From an uncultured virus (IMG/VR IMGVR_UViG_3300030118_005288) (Duplodnaviria > Heunggongvirae > Uroviricota > Caudoviricetes), in the IMG/VR virus record IMGVR_UViG_3300030118_005288, positions 1 to 64,000 of that record: a DNA stretch of 64,000 nucleotides; one strand, given 5' to 3'. The notes beneath the pieces are model-generated. The model was not told the DNA's origin. It saw only the letters and a list, made by a program, of their open reading frames with translations, and searched no databases. Made by a program: the position numbers and the translations under genes. Positions 8,697 to 18,411 of this stretch are shown here, piece by piece (position 1 is the first letter of the stretch; every line of letters starts with the position of its first letter).

Positions 8697-10232
8697 ATGA
8701 AATGGCTAGGTCAATACATACAAGACCTCACAGCTAGGTTTCGTCACGAAGTTTACTTAGAAAATATTTCATCTGGCACTATAGTTAGTGGTGGTAATCT
8801 GGGACTAGACTCTAACAATAAAATTGTTAAAGCAACTGTAGGTGGAGGTACAGTAGACTTGACTAGTGGTGTTACTGGTACTTTGCCCGTAGCAAACGGT
8901 GGTACAGGTTTTTCTACAGTTCCTAATAAATCAGTTGTTATTTCTCAAGATTCAGGAACCGACACTCTACAAGGTGTGCAAATGGACGGATCAGGAGAAA
9001 TATTAATAGGTGGAGCATCAGGACCCGCAGTATCAACTCTTACTCAAGGGTCTAATATTACAATTACTAATGCAGATGGTGGTATAACAATAGCTAACGC
9101 CATTACCAATAACAATCAACTTACCAATGGTGCTGGCTATACTACTAACACGGGTACTGTTGACACTTCAGGTAGTCCTGTTGATGATGATTTTGCAAAG
9201 TTTACTGATGCTAACACTATTGAAGGTAGAAGTATTGCAGAGACTAAAACTGATTTATCACTTAATAATGTAGAAAACAAATCATCTGCTACAATTAGAA
9301 GTGAAATTGTATCTAGTGACATACCTAATAACGCTGCAGATACTACTGGTAACGCTGCTACAGCTACTGCTTTAGAAACAGCAAGAGAGATCTCAGGGGT
9401 TGCTTTTGATGGTACAGGTGATATAACTTTAAATAACAGCAATATAACAAATGGTGCTGGTTATACAACAAATACAGGTGATATAGGCGGTGTAAAATTT
9501 ATTACAGACAGTGGAGATAATAATTGTGTTGTTACTAGTGGAAATGCAACCTTTAGTTTAACTGGTGGACAGGGTATAGATGTTGTTAATGATGTTTTAG
9601 AAATAACCATTGCCGGTCAGAACGCATCAACAGGTGACAAAGGTGTTGCTAGTTTTGATAGTAATCATTTCACGGTAGATGCTGGAGCTGTAAGTTTAAA
9701 AACCTCGTCTCTACCAATTGCTAACTATTCTTTAGTAAGCTCTTCTGGCACTGTAACAACTAGCGTTACAGATGGAGAAGAATATGCAGTAGTAATACCT
9801 TATGATACAGAACAGTTGGTATCTTCTACTAACACTGTGGTATTAACAGGGTCAAGTGGTATAGGTGGTGTTTCTGGCAGTGCTTATGCTTGGTATTCAA
9901 CTACTCAAGGTGATTGGGAATATCAATGGAATGTTTTAAGTAATACAAATGTAACTAACAATAGAATACTGAGTGGTGTTAAATTGCAAAGAGGTACTCA
10001 CAACGGTAGTACCATGACTTGGTCTGATTATAATCCCTCAGTTTCTTTTATATATGACAGAGGTACAGGTAGTGTACGAAAAGGTTCTACTACAAACCAA
10101 ACGCTAGTTACACAAGGTGCTACTCAATACTATTGGAGATTAGTGGTTTGGAAAGAAGAAAGTAGTGTTGCTAGCACGACATCTATAACAGTAGTAACGG
10201 GAGTTAGTTTAATAGTAAAACAAATATCTTAA
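8697..10232 (+). CDS. Tail fibre protein
   Basis: G/T/S-rich. Fibre-type motifs VTGTLPVANGGTG, TTGNAATATALETAREISGVAFDGTGDI, and TNGAGYTTNTG twice. Confidence 0.75.
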   Translation: MKWLGQYIQDLTARFRHEVYLENISSGTIVSGGNLGLDSNNKIVKATVGGGTVDLTSGVTGTLPVANGGTGFSTVPNKSVVISQDSGTDTLQGVQMDGSGEILIGGASGPAVSTLTQGSNITITNADGGITIANAITNNNQLTNGAGYTTNTGTVDTSGSPVDDDFAKFTDANTIEGRSIAETKTDLSLNNVENKSSATIRSEIVSSDIPNNAADTTGNAATATALETAREISGVAFDGTGDITLNNSNITNGAGYTTNTGDIGGVKFITDSGDNNCVVTSGNATFSLTGGQGIDVVNDVLEITIAGQNASTGDKGVASFDSNHFTVDAGAVSLKTSSLPIANYSLVSSSGTVTTSVTDGEEYAVVIPYDTEQLVSSTNTVVLTGSSGIGGVSGSAYAWYSTTQGDWEYQWNVLSNTNVTNNRILSGVKLQRGTHNGSTMTWSDYNPSVSFIYDRGTGSVRKGSTTNQTLVTQGATQYYWRLVVWKEESSVASTTSITVVTGVSLIVKQIS

Positions 10233-10233
10233 T

Positions 10234-10530
10234 ATGTCTTCATTTTACGTACAAACATTATCAAACAACAGTGAAACAGCTATAACAAATGTAGATGTAA
10301 ATTTTAGATCTTTAACTTTTACTAATACTCATACGGCTAGTGTTACAATGTCTTTATATGTAAAAGACAGTTCTGGTACTAGTTTTTATTTTTTAAAAGA
10401 TGTCGTTTTACCTAATGGAGTTACATTAAAACTAGAGAACGATGAGTTTACTTATGACAAAGTTAATTACACACTGTACGCTATATCAAATCATGCGTCA
10501 GGTAAAATAGATATAACAAAAAGATTTTAG
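10234..10530 (+). CDS. Small beta-rich hypothetical (tail-associated) protein
   Basis: ORF track; follows the tail fibre gene. Confidence 0.55.
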   Translation: MSSFYVQTLSNNSETAITNVDVNFRSLTFTNTHTASVTMSLYVKDSSGTSFYFLKDVVLPNGVTLKLENDEFTYDKVNYTLYAISNHASGKIDITKRF

Positions 10531-10995
10531 ATGGAAAGAATAAGCAAGCACGTAAGTTGGAAAGAAGGAACTTACAGTAGAACAGGTGAAAGACTAGATT
10601 TAGATAATACACCTAATGAAGATCAATTAAAATGTATGAAAGCTATAGCTGAAAATATATTTGAGCCATTGCGTAAGTGGGTTGGTGGACCTGTAAAAAT
10701 AAATAGTTTTTTTAGAGGTGAGCCGGTTAACACTGCTATAGGTGGTTCGACTAGATCACAACACATGAAGGGTCAAGCCATAGATATTGACGATACATTT
10801 AAGTATAAAACAAACGCTGAAATGTTTCATTACATAAAAGATAATTTAGACTTTGATCAGCTAATATGGGAGTTTGGTACAGATAATAATCCTAATTGGA
10901 TACATGTTAGTTACGTAACTCATAGACCTAATAGAAAAAAATTAACAAAAGCTGTAAAGGTAAACAGAAGAACTAAATATATTAATTATGTTTAA
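10531..10995 (+). CDS. Peptidase M15A-family Zn peptidase, probable endolysin
   Basis: INSFFR, SQHMKGQAIDID and WIHVS zinc-binding motifs. Confidence 0.85.
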   Translation: MERISKHVSWKEGTYSRTGERLDLDNTPNEDQLKCMKAIAENIFEPLRKWVGGPVKINSFFRGEPVNTAIGGSTRSQHMKGQAIDIDDTFKYKTNAEMFHYIKDNLDFDQLIWEFGTDNNPNWIHVSYVTHRPNRKKLTKAVKVNRRTKYINYV

Positions 10996-11509
10996 AGATT
11001 TTAAACTAGATAAATATTTAAACAAAAAACCTCCTAGCGATAATTCTGTTACTACTAGAAACGAGATAAACAAAATAAATAAAATACCTATAAGAGAAAA
11101 TTTTGTAAAGGAAAAAGATGATGGAGCAAAAAACTTTGAAAAAATAGTAGGTAAAGATCCTGTAATAAAACAAATTATAGATGAATCTGGCCCTATAATA
11201 GATAAGTTAAAAAAACACTACAACAGGCCAAGACCTAAAGTGTTAGCTAAAAAAATGGGTATTGATATGAAAGATATAGAGCTGAAGTCAATGAAATCAC
11301 CAGCGTATCCGTCTGGTCACTCTGTTCAAGGTTATTTACTTGCTCATACTTTAAGTGATAAATATCCTCTTAAAAGAGATGAGCTTATGAAAATGGCTAG
11401 AGATATATCTTATAGTAGACAGGTTGCTCATGCTCATTATCCTAGTGATTCTTTATTTGGCGAACAAATAGGAAAAGACATGGCAAAGCATATAAAAAAA
11501 GGGAGCTAA
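10988..11509 (+). CDS. PAP2 / vanadium-haloperoxidase-superfamily phosphatase
   Basis: All three motifs present: KKHYNRPRP, YPSGH, SRQVAHAHYPSD. Confidence 0.85.
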   Translation: MFKDFKLDKYLNKKPPSDNSVTTRNEINKINKIPIRENFVKEKDDGAKNFEKIVGKDPVIKQIIDESGPIIDKLKKHYNRPRPKVLAKKMGIDMKDIELKSMKSPAYPSGHSVQGYLLAHTLSDKYPLKRDELMKMARDISYSRQVAHAHYPSDSLFGEQIGKDMAKHIKKGS

Positions 11510-11521
11510 AAAGCTCCCTTT
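11498..11521. terminator. Bidirectional intrinsic terminator
   Basis: AAAGGGAGCT-AAAA-AGCTCCCTTT perfect hairpin where the two arms converge. Confidence 0.85.
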
Positions 11522-11526
11522 ATTAT

Positions 11527-11946
11527 TTAAAACTTATAAGATATTCCAAGTCGAAACTCACCGTCTCTTTCGCCGTCATCATTTTCTTTTAACGACAAGA
11601 TGTAGCTAGGATCAATATAAAATTTATTCCAAACGTTATAAGAGTATCCAACTCCAATATCTAACACATCGCTTATCTCTGCTTCAGAATCTTTTTCATA
11701 GTTGTATATACAAGTAGCCCAAAGTCCGTAATGTATATCGTATCTACCTAAAATTTCATATTTGTCTTCACCGTCCATAGTAGCAGCAACCATAAGCTTT
11801 TCACTTACCTGGTAACCAATACCTATCATATCTGTTGCTGTCCAGTTTGAATCAGAGTTTTCACTGAAAGTTGTCATCGCAACAAATTGAGCAGACGCAA
11901 ACATTGTTGAAGCTGCAAATAATAATGTTAAAAATAATTTGTTCAT
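11527..11946 (-). CDS. Small outer-membrane beta-barrel protein
   Basis: Signal peptide ASA-Q; IGIGYQ and IGVGYSY strands; C-terminal FRLGISYKF beta-signal. Confidence 0.8.
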   Translation of the reverse strand: MNKLFLTLLFAASTMFASAQFVAMTTFSENSDSNWTATDMIGIGYQVSEKLMVAATMDGEDKYEILGRYDIHYGLWATCIYNYEKDSEAEISDVLDIGVGYSYNVWNKFYIDPSYILSLKENDDGERDGEFRLGISYKF

Positions 11947-11960
11947 AATAATTGTTTTAG

Positions 11961-13829
11961 TTATAAGCTTGTTATTTCACAAGATCCACCGGCACAAGCT
12001 AATTCACCTGATAGATCAGTTTCATCGTTTTGTTCACTTACGTTTTCTAGATTTACATCTTGTAAATGTTTAACTAGTTTTTCAAACTCTTTTTTATTTA
12101 TATCTTCAAAAGGAGCTTGAGTATATGTACCACCATCGTATGGTAATACTGAAAGACCGTTGTAACAGTCTCTGTTTTCCCACATCCACTCACCTGCTTT
12201 TTTCCAGTCGTCTTGTTTTAAACTAATTGTTGCAGACACGTTGTGTGTATTGCTACCGTTTCTATGTCCTGTTTTTACCCATTGTGTAGCAACTTTTTTA
12301 ACTCGTTCTAATAAGTCAAAAGCAGACTCAGTTCTTAATATAGAACCTTTTGGAGCTGACTGTGGTATCTCAATAACAGCAGTGTCATGAGGTCTAAAAT
12401 ATTCATCTTGTACAAGTTCAGGGTGGTTTTTAACTAGATAATTGTATATTGCCTCGTTTTTACCTACTCTTAATCTTCTTATATAGTAATCGTTGTGCCA
12501 AGCATGTATACCTGAAGATGTACCCAGCACTAATGACGTAGTTCCCGCTGGTTTTACACACGTTGTACGTGCTGCTTTGTTTATACCTATCAACTTTGAA
12601 ACCCGGGTGTTTTCTCGTTTTACGATACTTGCAGCGGCCTTCATATCCAGCTGGAGCACAGCGGCACTCCCGATTCCTGTCATGGACACACCTATAAGCG
12701 CGTCTTTCTCTGTTGTTTCTTGCCATATTTCTCTTAAATAATGAAACTCTGTATATCCAGCTTGTAGTGTACCTATAAAACTAGCAGCTTTTACTCTTGC
12801 GTTAAAATCATCTTGATCAACAACATCTGATACATTTACTTCACACAAGTTACAAAACTGAAAAGGTCTTAATGCTATTTCACAGCAAGGATTTGTACCC
12901 CAGTCTTTATCATGATTAAAGTATATACCAGGCTCACCAGACCCTGACAACTCTATACGTTTCCATAAGTCCATAAAAAACTCTTTAGTTATTTTATGTC
13001 TTATTAATACAGCAGAGTTATTAGCTCTACCACGTTGTGGATCTTTTTCCCACCATTGTCCTGATTTACAAGATATCATTTCTTCATCATAAGCTGAAAA
13101 TAAGGATATGAGAGCAGCACGACGGATGCCTCCGGCCAAAACGGCATCAGCAATATGGCAAATAATATCATGAACCTCAAGAGTTGATAATTGTGTTCCG
13201 TCTTCTTTTCCATCTAATATACCTTTAATTTTTACTAAACACTCTTTTAATGGTTGTGGGCCTGGAGCTTTTCCACCAGAGGTTACGAGCCTAGCTCCCT
13301 TTGGTCTAATATCAGAATAATCAAACTTTATCTTAGATGATCTCTTAGAGCCTAAATAAGACTTGATTAAAACCTTTACAGCATCAGACCAACCCTCAAT
13401 ACTATCACCAATAACAAATCTTCTTGTTCTACCTTTAAAAGGTTTTGTTATATGAGGTAACTGATTTACATGATGCTTTTGAACGCTATAACCAACACCG
13501 CAACCAGATAACAAAAGGAACATACACTCACTAAAACTATCAGTGTGGTCGATAGGAAGGTAGCTACAGTTGTACAAACGGTTCGGACTAATTTCAATTG
13601 GCTTACCGCTGAACTGAAGCGAGCGCATACTTGGTAAAACTTTTTTCTTATATACATATCTATAAACTTCTTCTATTTGGTTATACAATTCAGGATATCT
13701 TTTTTGATGCATTTCTTTATTACGAGTAACTAACTCTTCCCAAGTTTCTCTCCTATTTAAATCAGGTATAAACTTAGCATATTTCATATGAACAGTTATA
13801 TCTGATAATATTTTATTATTTATATTCAT
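11961..13829 (-). CDS. nrdJ: Class II (adenosylcobalamin-dependent, monomeric-type) ribonucleotide reductase
   Basis: RRETWEE, LPSMR, YNC, GCGVG, GGIRRAA, TNPCCEI, CNLCE, VKPAGT and C-terminal CAGGSCE; no beta-subunit gene nearby. Confidence 0.92.
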   Translation of the reverse strand: MNINNKILSDITVHMKYAKFIPDLNRRETWEELVTRNKEMHQKRYPELYNQIEEVYRYVYKKKVLPSMRSLQFSGKPIEISPNRLYNCSYLPIDHTDSFSECMFLLLSGCGVGYSVQKHHVNQLPHITKPFKGRTRRFVIGDSIEGWSDAVKVLIKSYLGSKRSSKIKFDYSDIRPKGARLVTSGGKAPGPQPLKECLVKIKGILDGKEDGTQLSTLEVHDIICHIADAVLAGGIRRAALISLFSAYDEEMISCKSGQWWEKDPQRGRANNSAVLIRHKITKEFFMDLWKRIELSGSGEPGIYFNHDKDWGTNPCCEIALRPFQFCNLCEVNVSDVVDQDDFNARVKAASFIGTLQAGYTEFHYLREIWQETTEKDALIGVSMTGIGSAAVLQLDMKAAASIVKRENTRVSKLIGINKAARTTCVKPAGTTSLVLGTSSGIHAWHNDYYIRRLRVGKNEAIYNYLVKNHPELVQDEYFRPHDTAVIEIPQSAPKGSILRTESAFDLLERVKKVATQWVKTGHRNGSNTHNVSATISLKQDDWKKAGEWMWENRDCYNGLSVLPYDGGTYTQAPFEDINKKEFEKLVKHLQDVNLENVSEQNDETDLSGELACAGGSCEITSL

Positions 13830-13831
13830 AT

Positions 13832-13972
13832 TTATTTATTATAAATAGTTAAACAAACATCTACAAACGGAACGTATAAAACGTGGTTTGTTAATTTTTT
13901 TTCTTGATAAGACCTAAAACCTGTTAATATACCAGGATATGTTCCAAAACTTAAACTCCATTTATTTTTCAT
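13832..13972 (-). CDS. 46-aa hypothetical protein (not in ORF track)
   Basis: MKNKWSLSFGTYPGILTGFRSYQEKKLTNHVLYVPFVDVCLTIYNK; fills the gap exactly. Confidence 0.6.
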   Translation of the reverse strand: MKNKWSLSFGTYPGILTGFRSYQEKKLTNHVLYVPFVDVCLTIYNK

Positions 13973-14411
13973 TTTTTCTTTTTTTAATTATTAACTCAAT
14001 TACTTTGTCACATTCCTTTTGGTTCTGAGGTTTATATAAAGTTACATGCGCCATCATATGATTTACATATTTTTTAAACATTTTCCATCTCAATGGGAAG
14101 CTTTCGTTAGCTCTACCTTTACACTCAATAACATAATCATAACCAATAAAGTCTGGCGTGTATTTAATTGGTAATATTTTTTTATTACCTCTATCAACCA
14201 TATCACCTTTACCATTACTTTGTCTTTCGTACGAACTGTTATTTAAGATAAATCCTTCTTGTAGAGTAAACGTACAACCTTCGTAGTCGGTATGTATTTT
14301 AGCTTTCTTTAATGCTTGGTACATGTAGCGTTCTAAACCAGAAGCAAAAGTGATCCCGTCAAATGTTACTTTTTTTGCTCTGACGGGACCTTTTTTTCTA
14401 CGCTTTTTCAT
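13962..14411 (-). CDS. PD-(D/E)XK endonuclease (T7 endonuclease I / DUF1064-like)
   Basis: FASGLE, YTPDF and IECKG motifs. Confidence 0.8.
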   Translation of the reverse strand: MKKRRKKGPVRAKKVTFDGITFASGLERYMYQALKKAKIHTDYEGCTFTLQEGFILNNSSYERQSNGKGDMVDRGNKKILPIKYTPDFIGYDYVIECKGRANESFPLRWKMFKKYVNHMMAHVTLYKPQNQKECDKVIELIIKKRKNEK

Positions 14412-14697
14412 TTAAGAAAGGGTTTTTTAGAGCTTTTAACTCTTCGAGTTCTTCTCTAGCTGTTTGTATATACAGTATTGCATCCATAAGCTCTTCTTGT
14501 ATATCATTTAAATAATCAGCCAAACCTTTAACGTTTGATGTTCTTTCATCGTGTAATGTTTGACCATACTTTTCGTAGCCGACGTCTGATCTATCAACAA
14601 ACTTATCAACTACATTTTTAACGACCTCATCACGAAAGCCATAAGACTTTCTAGCTACGATACCGTTTTTGCTATCCATAATTTCTCTATCTGACAT
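14398..14697 (-). CDS. Small all-alpha NTP-pyrophosphatase-like protein
   Basis: GYEKYG and IQEELMDAILY acidic motif. Confidence 0.55.
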   Translation of the reverse strand: MSDREIMDSKNGIVARKSYGFRDEVVKNVVDKFVDRSDVGYEKYGQTLHDERTSNVKGLADYLNDIQEELMDAILYIQTAREELEELKALKNPFLNEKA

Positions 14698-14698
14698 A

Positions 14699-15511
14699 TT
14701 AATCTTTTTTAAATGTTCCGTTACTCATTTTGCCTGTTCTGTATTTTATAACATCATAAGCCATATCAATACAGTTTTCTATAGTTGTACCTTGTAACTC
14801 AGCTAAGTTTGTTAGTACAACAACTGCGTCACCAATACCGTCTTCAATGTCACTGTGATTGTCTTTCAATATAGCTCTACATATTTCACCAACCTCTTCG
14901 ACTAGCTTTAGTGCTTGTGTTTTAGTATCACCTTTATCATATAAACCTCTTTCGTTAGCCCACAGTCTAATTTTATCAAACCTACACATTGTTTCACACT
15001 TTTTATTATGATCCATCATAATGCCACCAGTTCTAGTTTCGTGAGCATCGTTATTATCAAACCATCTAGCAAAAGCCTTATTGTATATATAACATCTTGT
15101 ATTTGTATATTGAGAGTGTTTTACGTTTTCCATTATCCAGTTGATAGATTTTTTTGTTATTATACACTCGCCAAATATTGTTTCCCATTTCATACCTATA
15201 TTGTCTATAAGATGACCTTTTAGTTTATTGACAGGACAGGGAAAAGTCGTGGTCATTTCTGTTACATTAATATTCATATTCAAATTTTTATTTTTATTAA
15301 ATTTAAGTTCACTATATAATACATCGTCTACTCTATACTTGTAGAATTTTTGCATTATTCTTTCACCTTCAGATATAAAATCTATATCATCAGATTCTTC
15401 GATTATTTCGTACTCACCAGGATAATAACCTTGTTGTTTGTGTACGCGTTCTTCTAAGTTAGTTGTTACACCAACTTTAACGCCTGGTATGTGGTATAAA
15501 TAGTATGTCAT
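14699..15511 (-). CDS. Fusion of GIY-YIG-like N-terminus and MazG-like NTP pyrophosphohydrolase
   Basis: N-terminal YYLYH..KVGVT..LEER; C-terminal KLVEEVGE...DGIGD...IKYRTGK. Confidence 0.75.
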   Translation of the reverse strand: MTYYLYHIPGVKVGVTTNLEERVHKQQGYYPGEYEIIEESDDIDFISEGERIMQKFYKYRVDDVLYSELKFNKNKNLNMNINVTEMTTTFPCPVNKLKGHLIDNIGMKWETIFGECIITKKSINWIMENVKHSQYTNTRCYIYNKAFARWFDNNDAHETRTGGIMMDHNKKCETMCRFDKIRLWANERGLYDKGDTKTQALKLVEEVGEICRAILKDNHSDIEDGIGDAVVVLTNLAELQGTTIENCIDMAYDVIKYRTGKMSNGTFKKD

Positions 15512-16164
15512 ATTTTATCGTTATATAAATGCATATTATGTGCGAAATGATAATATACACCTGGTTCAATATCTAGTTTAAAAGCAATTAAAGCTTGTAA
15601 CTTTGAAAAACAATATTGATCGTTACAAAAGCCATACCACAAATCATTGCTACGCATAGTTACACACATGTCTAATCTACCATGTACAATTGTAAACTGT
15701 ACGGCATAAGTACAAGGCGTATCATTTGTATATTCTTTATACTCTTTACAATCGTATATTGATATTGCAGCTTGCCTTGTATCTGGATTATACTTAAGTA
15801 GATTTACAACGTGGTCTATCTGATTATTACGTTGCCATTGCCAACCGTAATTAGAATTAACATTACCTTTGTCGTCGGCCATACGTTTCCATATTTCAGG
15901 TATCTTACCGTATAGCTCGCCAAGCTCAGATATATTTCTATTACCAGATAAATACCACTGCCATTCGGCTTCAGCATAATCTTCTTTCCAGTTACGCTCT
16001 TTATTTATTATCCTGTTATCTTGTGAGTCTGTTATATAAAACCCAACATTAAACAAGGCTTTAGTATCTGCAAAGTCTACGCCATCTTGTATAATACGAT
16101 CGTGTAAATATTCGTAAGCTGTATTTGCGTTTCTAAATACTTTATTGTTTATTGTGTTTATCAT
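15508..16164 (-). CDS. Thymidylate-synthase-fold enzyme, dCMP (hydroxy)methylase-like
   Basis: DTPCT catalytic Cys, MRSNDLWYGFCND (Asp at the specificity position), HNMHLY. Confidence 0.75.
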   Translation of the reverse strand: MINTINNKVFRNANTAYEYLHDRIIQDGVDFADTKALFNVGFYITDSQDNRIINKERNWKEDYAEAEWQWYLSGNRNISELGELYGKIPEIWKRMADDKGNVNSNYGWQWQRNNQIDHVVNLLKYNPDTRQAAISIYDCKEYKEYTNDTPCTYAVQFTIVHGRLDMCVTMRSNDLWYGFCNDQYCFSKLQALIAFKLDIEPGVYYHFAHNMHLYNDKI

Positions 16165-16166
16165 AA

Positions 16167-16202
16167 TTATATTATCAATTGTTATTCGTATTTGGTTTGT
16201 AA
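16167..16202 (-). promoter_or_regulatory. Class I phage promoter candidate
   Basis: TTACAAACCAAA-TACGAA-N8-GATAATATAA, ending 2 nt before the ATG at 16164. Confidence 0.75.
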
Positions 16203-16453
16203 TAATATCTATAATATTCCATTAGTTTTTCATACACATTATTATCTTCATATCTGTTTGGATCAGTATGCATTTTACCGTTTTTTATTTTTATATCTAT
16301 TTGCCATCGGTTTAAATCATCTTTCCAATCAGGACTTATACTTATGTGTATACCTCTAGACATACACCAACCTATTATTTTCATTTCTTCTGGTTGCCAT
16401 GATTTTGGAGGTGGCGTTCTACTTGCTGATTTTTGCCATTTTTTAAACGCCAT
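16175..16453 (-). CDS. Hypothetical protein
   Basis: ORF track; coupled to the primase-helicase gene. Confidence 0.65.
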   Translation of the reverse strand: MAFKKWQKSASRTPPPKSWQPEEMKIIGWCMSRGIHISISPDWKDDLNRWQIDIKIKNGKMHTDPNRYEDNNVYEKLMEYYRYYYKPNTNNN

Positions 16454-18165
16454 TATTCCCAGGGCATTGCTTCTGTTTCAACCTCATCATTTATATGAGG
16501 TACAAAACTACCTGATCGTGGCTCCCACGTGAAATGTGATTCGGCACCGTTTTCACCTAAGTTTTGAAACTTAACTTTAAGTACTTTAACTTTAGTTGTT
16601 TTAGCTTCGTAATCTCTATGTACTAATAAACCATGATAACTAGCATCGTACCATTCACCACCACCTTTAATATTATACATAGTAGGCTCTTCCATTTTAC
16701 CGTCTTGACCTTTATACATTTTAGTAGGGTGAGCAACTATAAAAGTTAACACATCATACTTTTTACAAAAAGCTTCAATCTTAGCTAGATAATCCATTGT
16801 GTAACGGTTTACGTCATCTGACTTAGCATCAACATCTCTAATCTTGTTAAAAGGATCAATAACTAAACATTTAATACCTTTACGTTTAACAAGCTCAGCA
16901 CCTTTACGCAATACGGCTTCAAGGTTATATTTATCCATGTCAATAAAGAAATAATTATCATTAACATGATTAGATACTTTTTCCCATTTATCACCGTCAA
17001 TATCATCTACACGTGGCATATCTTGCCAGTGTTTTCTCATGAGCTTGTGCGCGTGCAAATAGACTGGTTGGTTTTCAGGACTAGCATACGCAGTTTTCCA
17101 ACCATAGAGTTGGTTATATCCCACAACCATTTGGTCAACAAAGTCAGACTTCCCAGAGCTAGGTACGCCGGTAACAGTAATAAACTGACCGGTGTAAGTA
17201 CTAAAAATAGAATCAAAGTTCTTAAGTCCGACTTGGTATCCTGGCTTAAAGCCATTTTTGACAAAATCTTTAAGTTCATCTTCTATATCTTTTAAGGTTG
17301 ATACATTTTCTAACGGTACAGGTCTTGAGTTGTAAACAGCATTACGCAACGCGTCTGCACCGTGTTCTAATAAGAAATCATTAGCGTCTTTGTTACCGTT
17401 AAAATCTATAAGGTAACATACCTCTGCTCCAAGACGTCTAACAAGCTCTCTTTGTAACATTTGACCAGGCTCATCAGCATCTACAGCTAATATAATTCTA
17501 GTCTTATCATCAAAATAATCTATACAATTATCTAGATAATCTAAATTGTTGTTATTTAATGTAGCTCCATTAGGTACTGAAATAGCATTTGGTATACCAG
17601 CTTCATGTAAAGCTAGTACGTCCATTTCACCTTCAACAATAACGCAAGTATCATAACCTACGATACTGTTAATGTTATAAAATACTTTTTCAGCACCTTT
17701 ATAAAGCTTAAAGTTTTTTCTACCGTCACGATACTTAACATTAATAAGCTGATCACCCATAAAGTAATTAAACTGTATTGTGTTTTCTTGCTTACCAGTT
17801 TGAGGCATAAACTCAAGACCTTCAGCAACCTGAAGATCTTTGAGTGTTTGCTTTGATATACCCCTTGTGCCAAACCACGTTTCAACATTCGTACTTACCT
17901 CGTTAAAGTTGGCCGGCGTATCCGGTCTAACATAGACACGTTCGCTACTGCCCTTGCGTTGATAAGTATGAAGTTGAAAAGTAGTATTACAGTTGTGACA
18001 GGTACCGAGACCACGTTCCCAATCATAGCTAGCGCATTGTAGCTTTTGATTTTTAGGTTTCCTAGTATGAGAGCACAGCGGGCATGTACCCTGAGCTGCA
18101 CCCTCTTTTAGGCCGTGTTGATTGAACTTATCAATAACAAATCCATTGATCTCTTCTCTACTCAT
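16453..18165 (-). CDS. T7 gp4/Twinkle-type primase-helicase
   Basis: Zn finger CPLC...CHNC; TOPRIM IVEGEMD and DADEPG; Walker A GVPSSGKS; LVIDP; VAHP. Confidence 0.92.
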   Translation of the reverse strand: MSREEINGFVIDKFNQHGLKEGAAQGTCPLCSHTRKPKNQKLQCASYDWERGLGTCHNCNTTFQLHTYQRKGSSERVYVRPDTPANFNEVSTNVETWFGTRGISKQTLKDLQVAEGLEFMPQTGKQENTIQFNYFMGDQLINVKYRDGRKNFKLYKGAEKVFYNINSIVGYDTCVIVEGEMDVLALHEAGIPNAISVPNGATLNNNNLDYLDNCIDYFDDKTRIILAVDADEPGQMLQRELVRRLGAEVCYLIDFNGNKDANDFLLEHGADALRNAVYNSRPVPLENVSTLKDIEDELKDFVKNGFKPGYQVGLKNFDSIFSTYTGQFITVTGVPSSGKSDFVDQMVVGYNQLYGWKTAYASPENQPVYLHAHKLMRKHWQDMPRVDDIDGDKWEKVSNHVNDNYFFIDMDKYNLEAVLRKGAELVKRKGIKCLVIDPFNKIRDVDAKSDDVNRYTMDYLAKIEAFCKKYDVLTFIVAHPTKMYKGQDGKMEEPTMYNIKGGGEWYDASYHGLLVHRDYEAKTTKVKVLKVKFQNLGENGAESHFTWEPRSGSFVPHINDEVETEAMPWE

Positions 18166-18410
18166 TAAAACGGTAAGTCTTCAGTCTCAGCCGGAGCAGG
18201 GGCTGGAGCTGATTGATTATCCATAGGAGCTCTGTCAACNNNNNNNNNNTCCTTAGTTTGTTCTACAACTACAGGACCCTGATTACCAAATTGATCTGGT
18301 TCGTTGTTTAGCGTAATTGTAATTGGTAAGTATTTACCTTTTTTACCATTATAGATCTTTTCTTTAGGTATGTTATTAAGGTTAATACTTGTTTTAATAA
18401 TACTCGCCAT
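18165..18410 (-). CDS. Single-stranded DNA-binding protein-like (contains an assembly gap)
   Basis: Acidic EDLPF tail; GKKGKYL and PDQFGN motifs; N-run inside. Confidence 0.65.
   Translation of the reverse strand: MASIIKTSINLNNIPKEKIYNGKKGKYLPITITLNNEPDQFGNQGPVVVEQTKXXXXVDRAPMDNQSAPAPAPAETEDLPF
18240..18249. other. Assembly gap (10 N)
   Basis: Run of n in the sequence. Confidence 1.
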
Positions 18411-18411
18411 A

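Noticed and set aside
15508..16164. Calling this gene thyA
   Set aside because: The specificity residue is Asp rather than Asn, and the motifs resemble dCMP hydroxymethylases, so the symbol was withheld.
18165..18410. Unusually short SSB
   Set aside because: It contains a 10-N assembly gap, so the true length is unknown.
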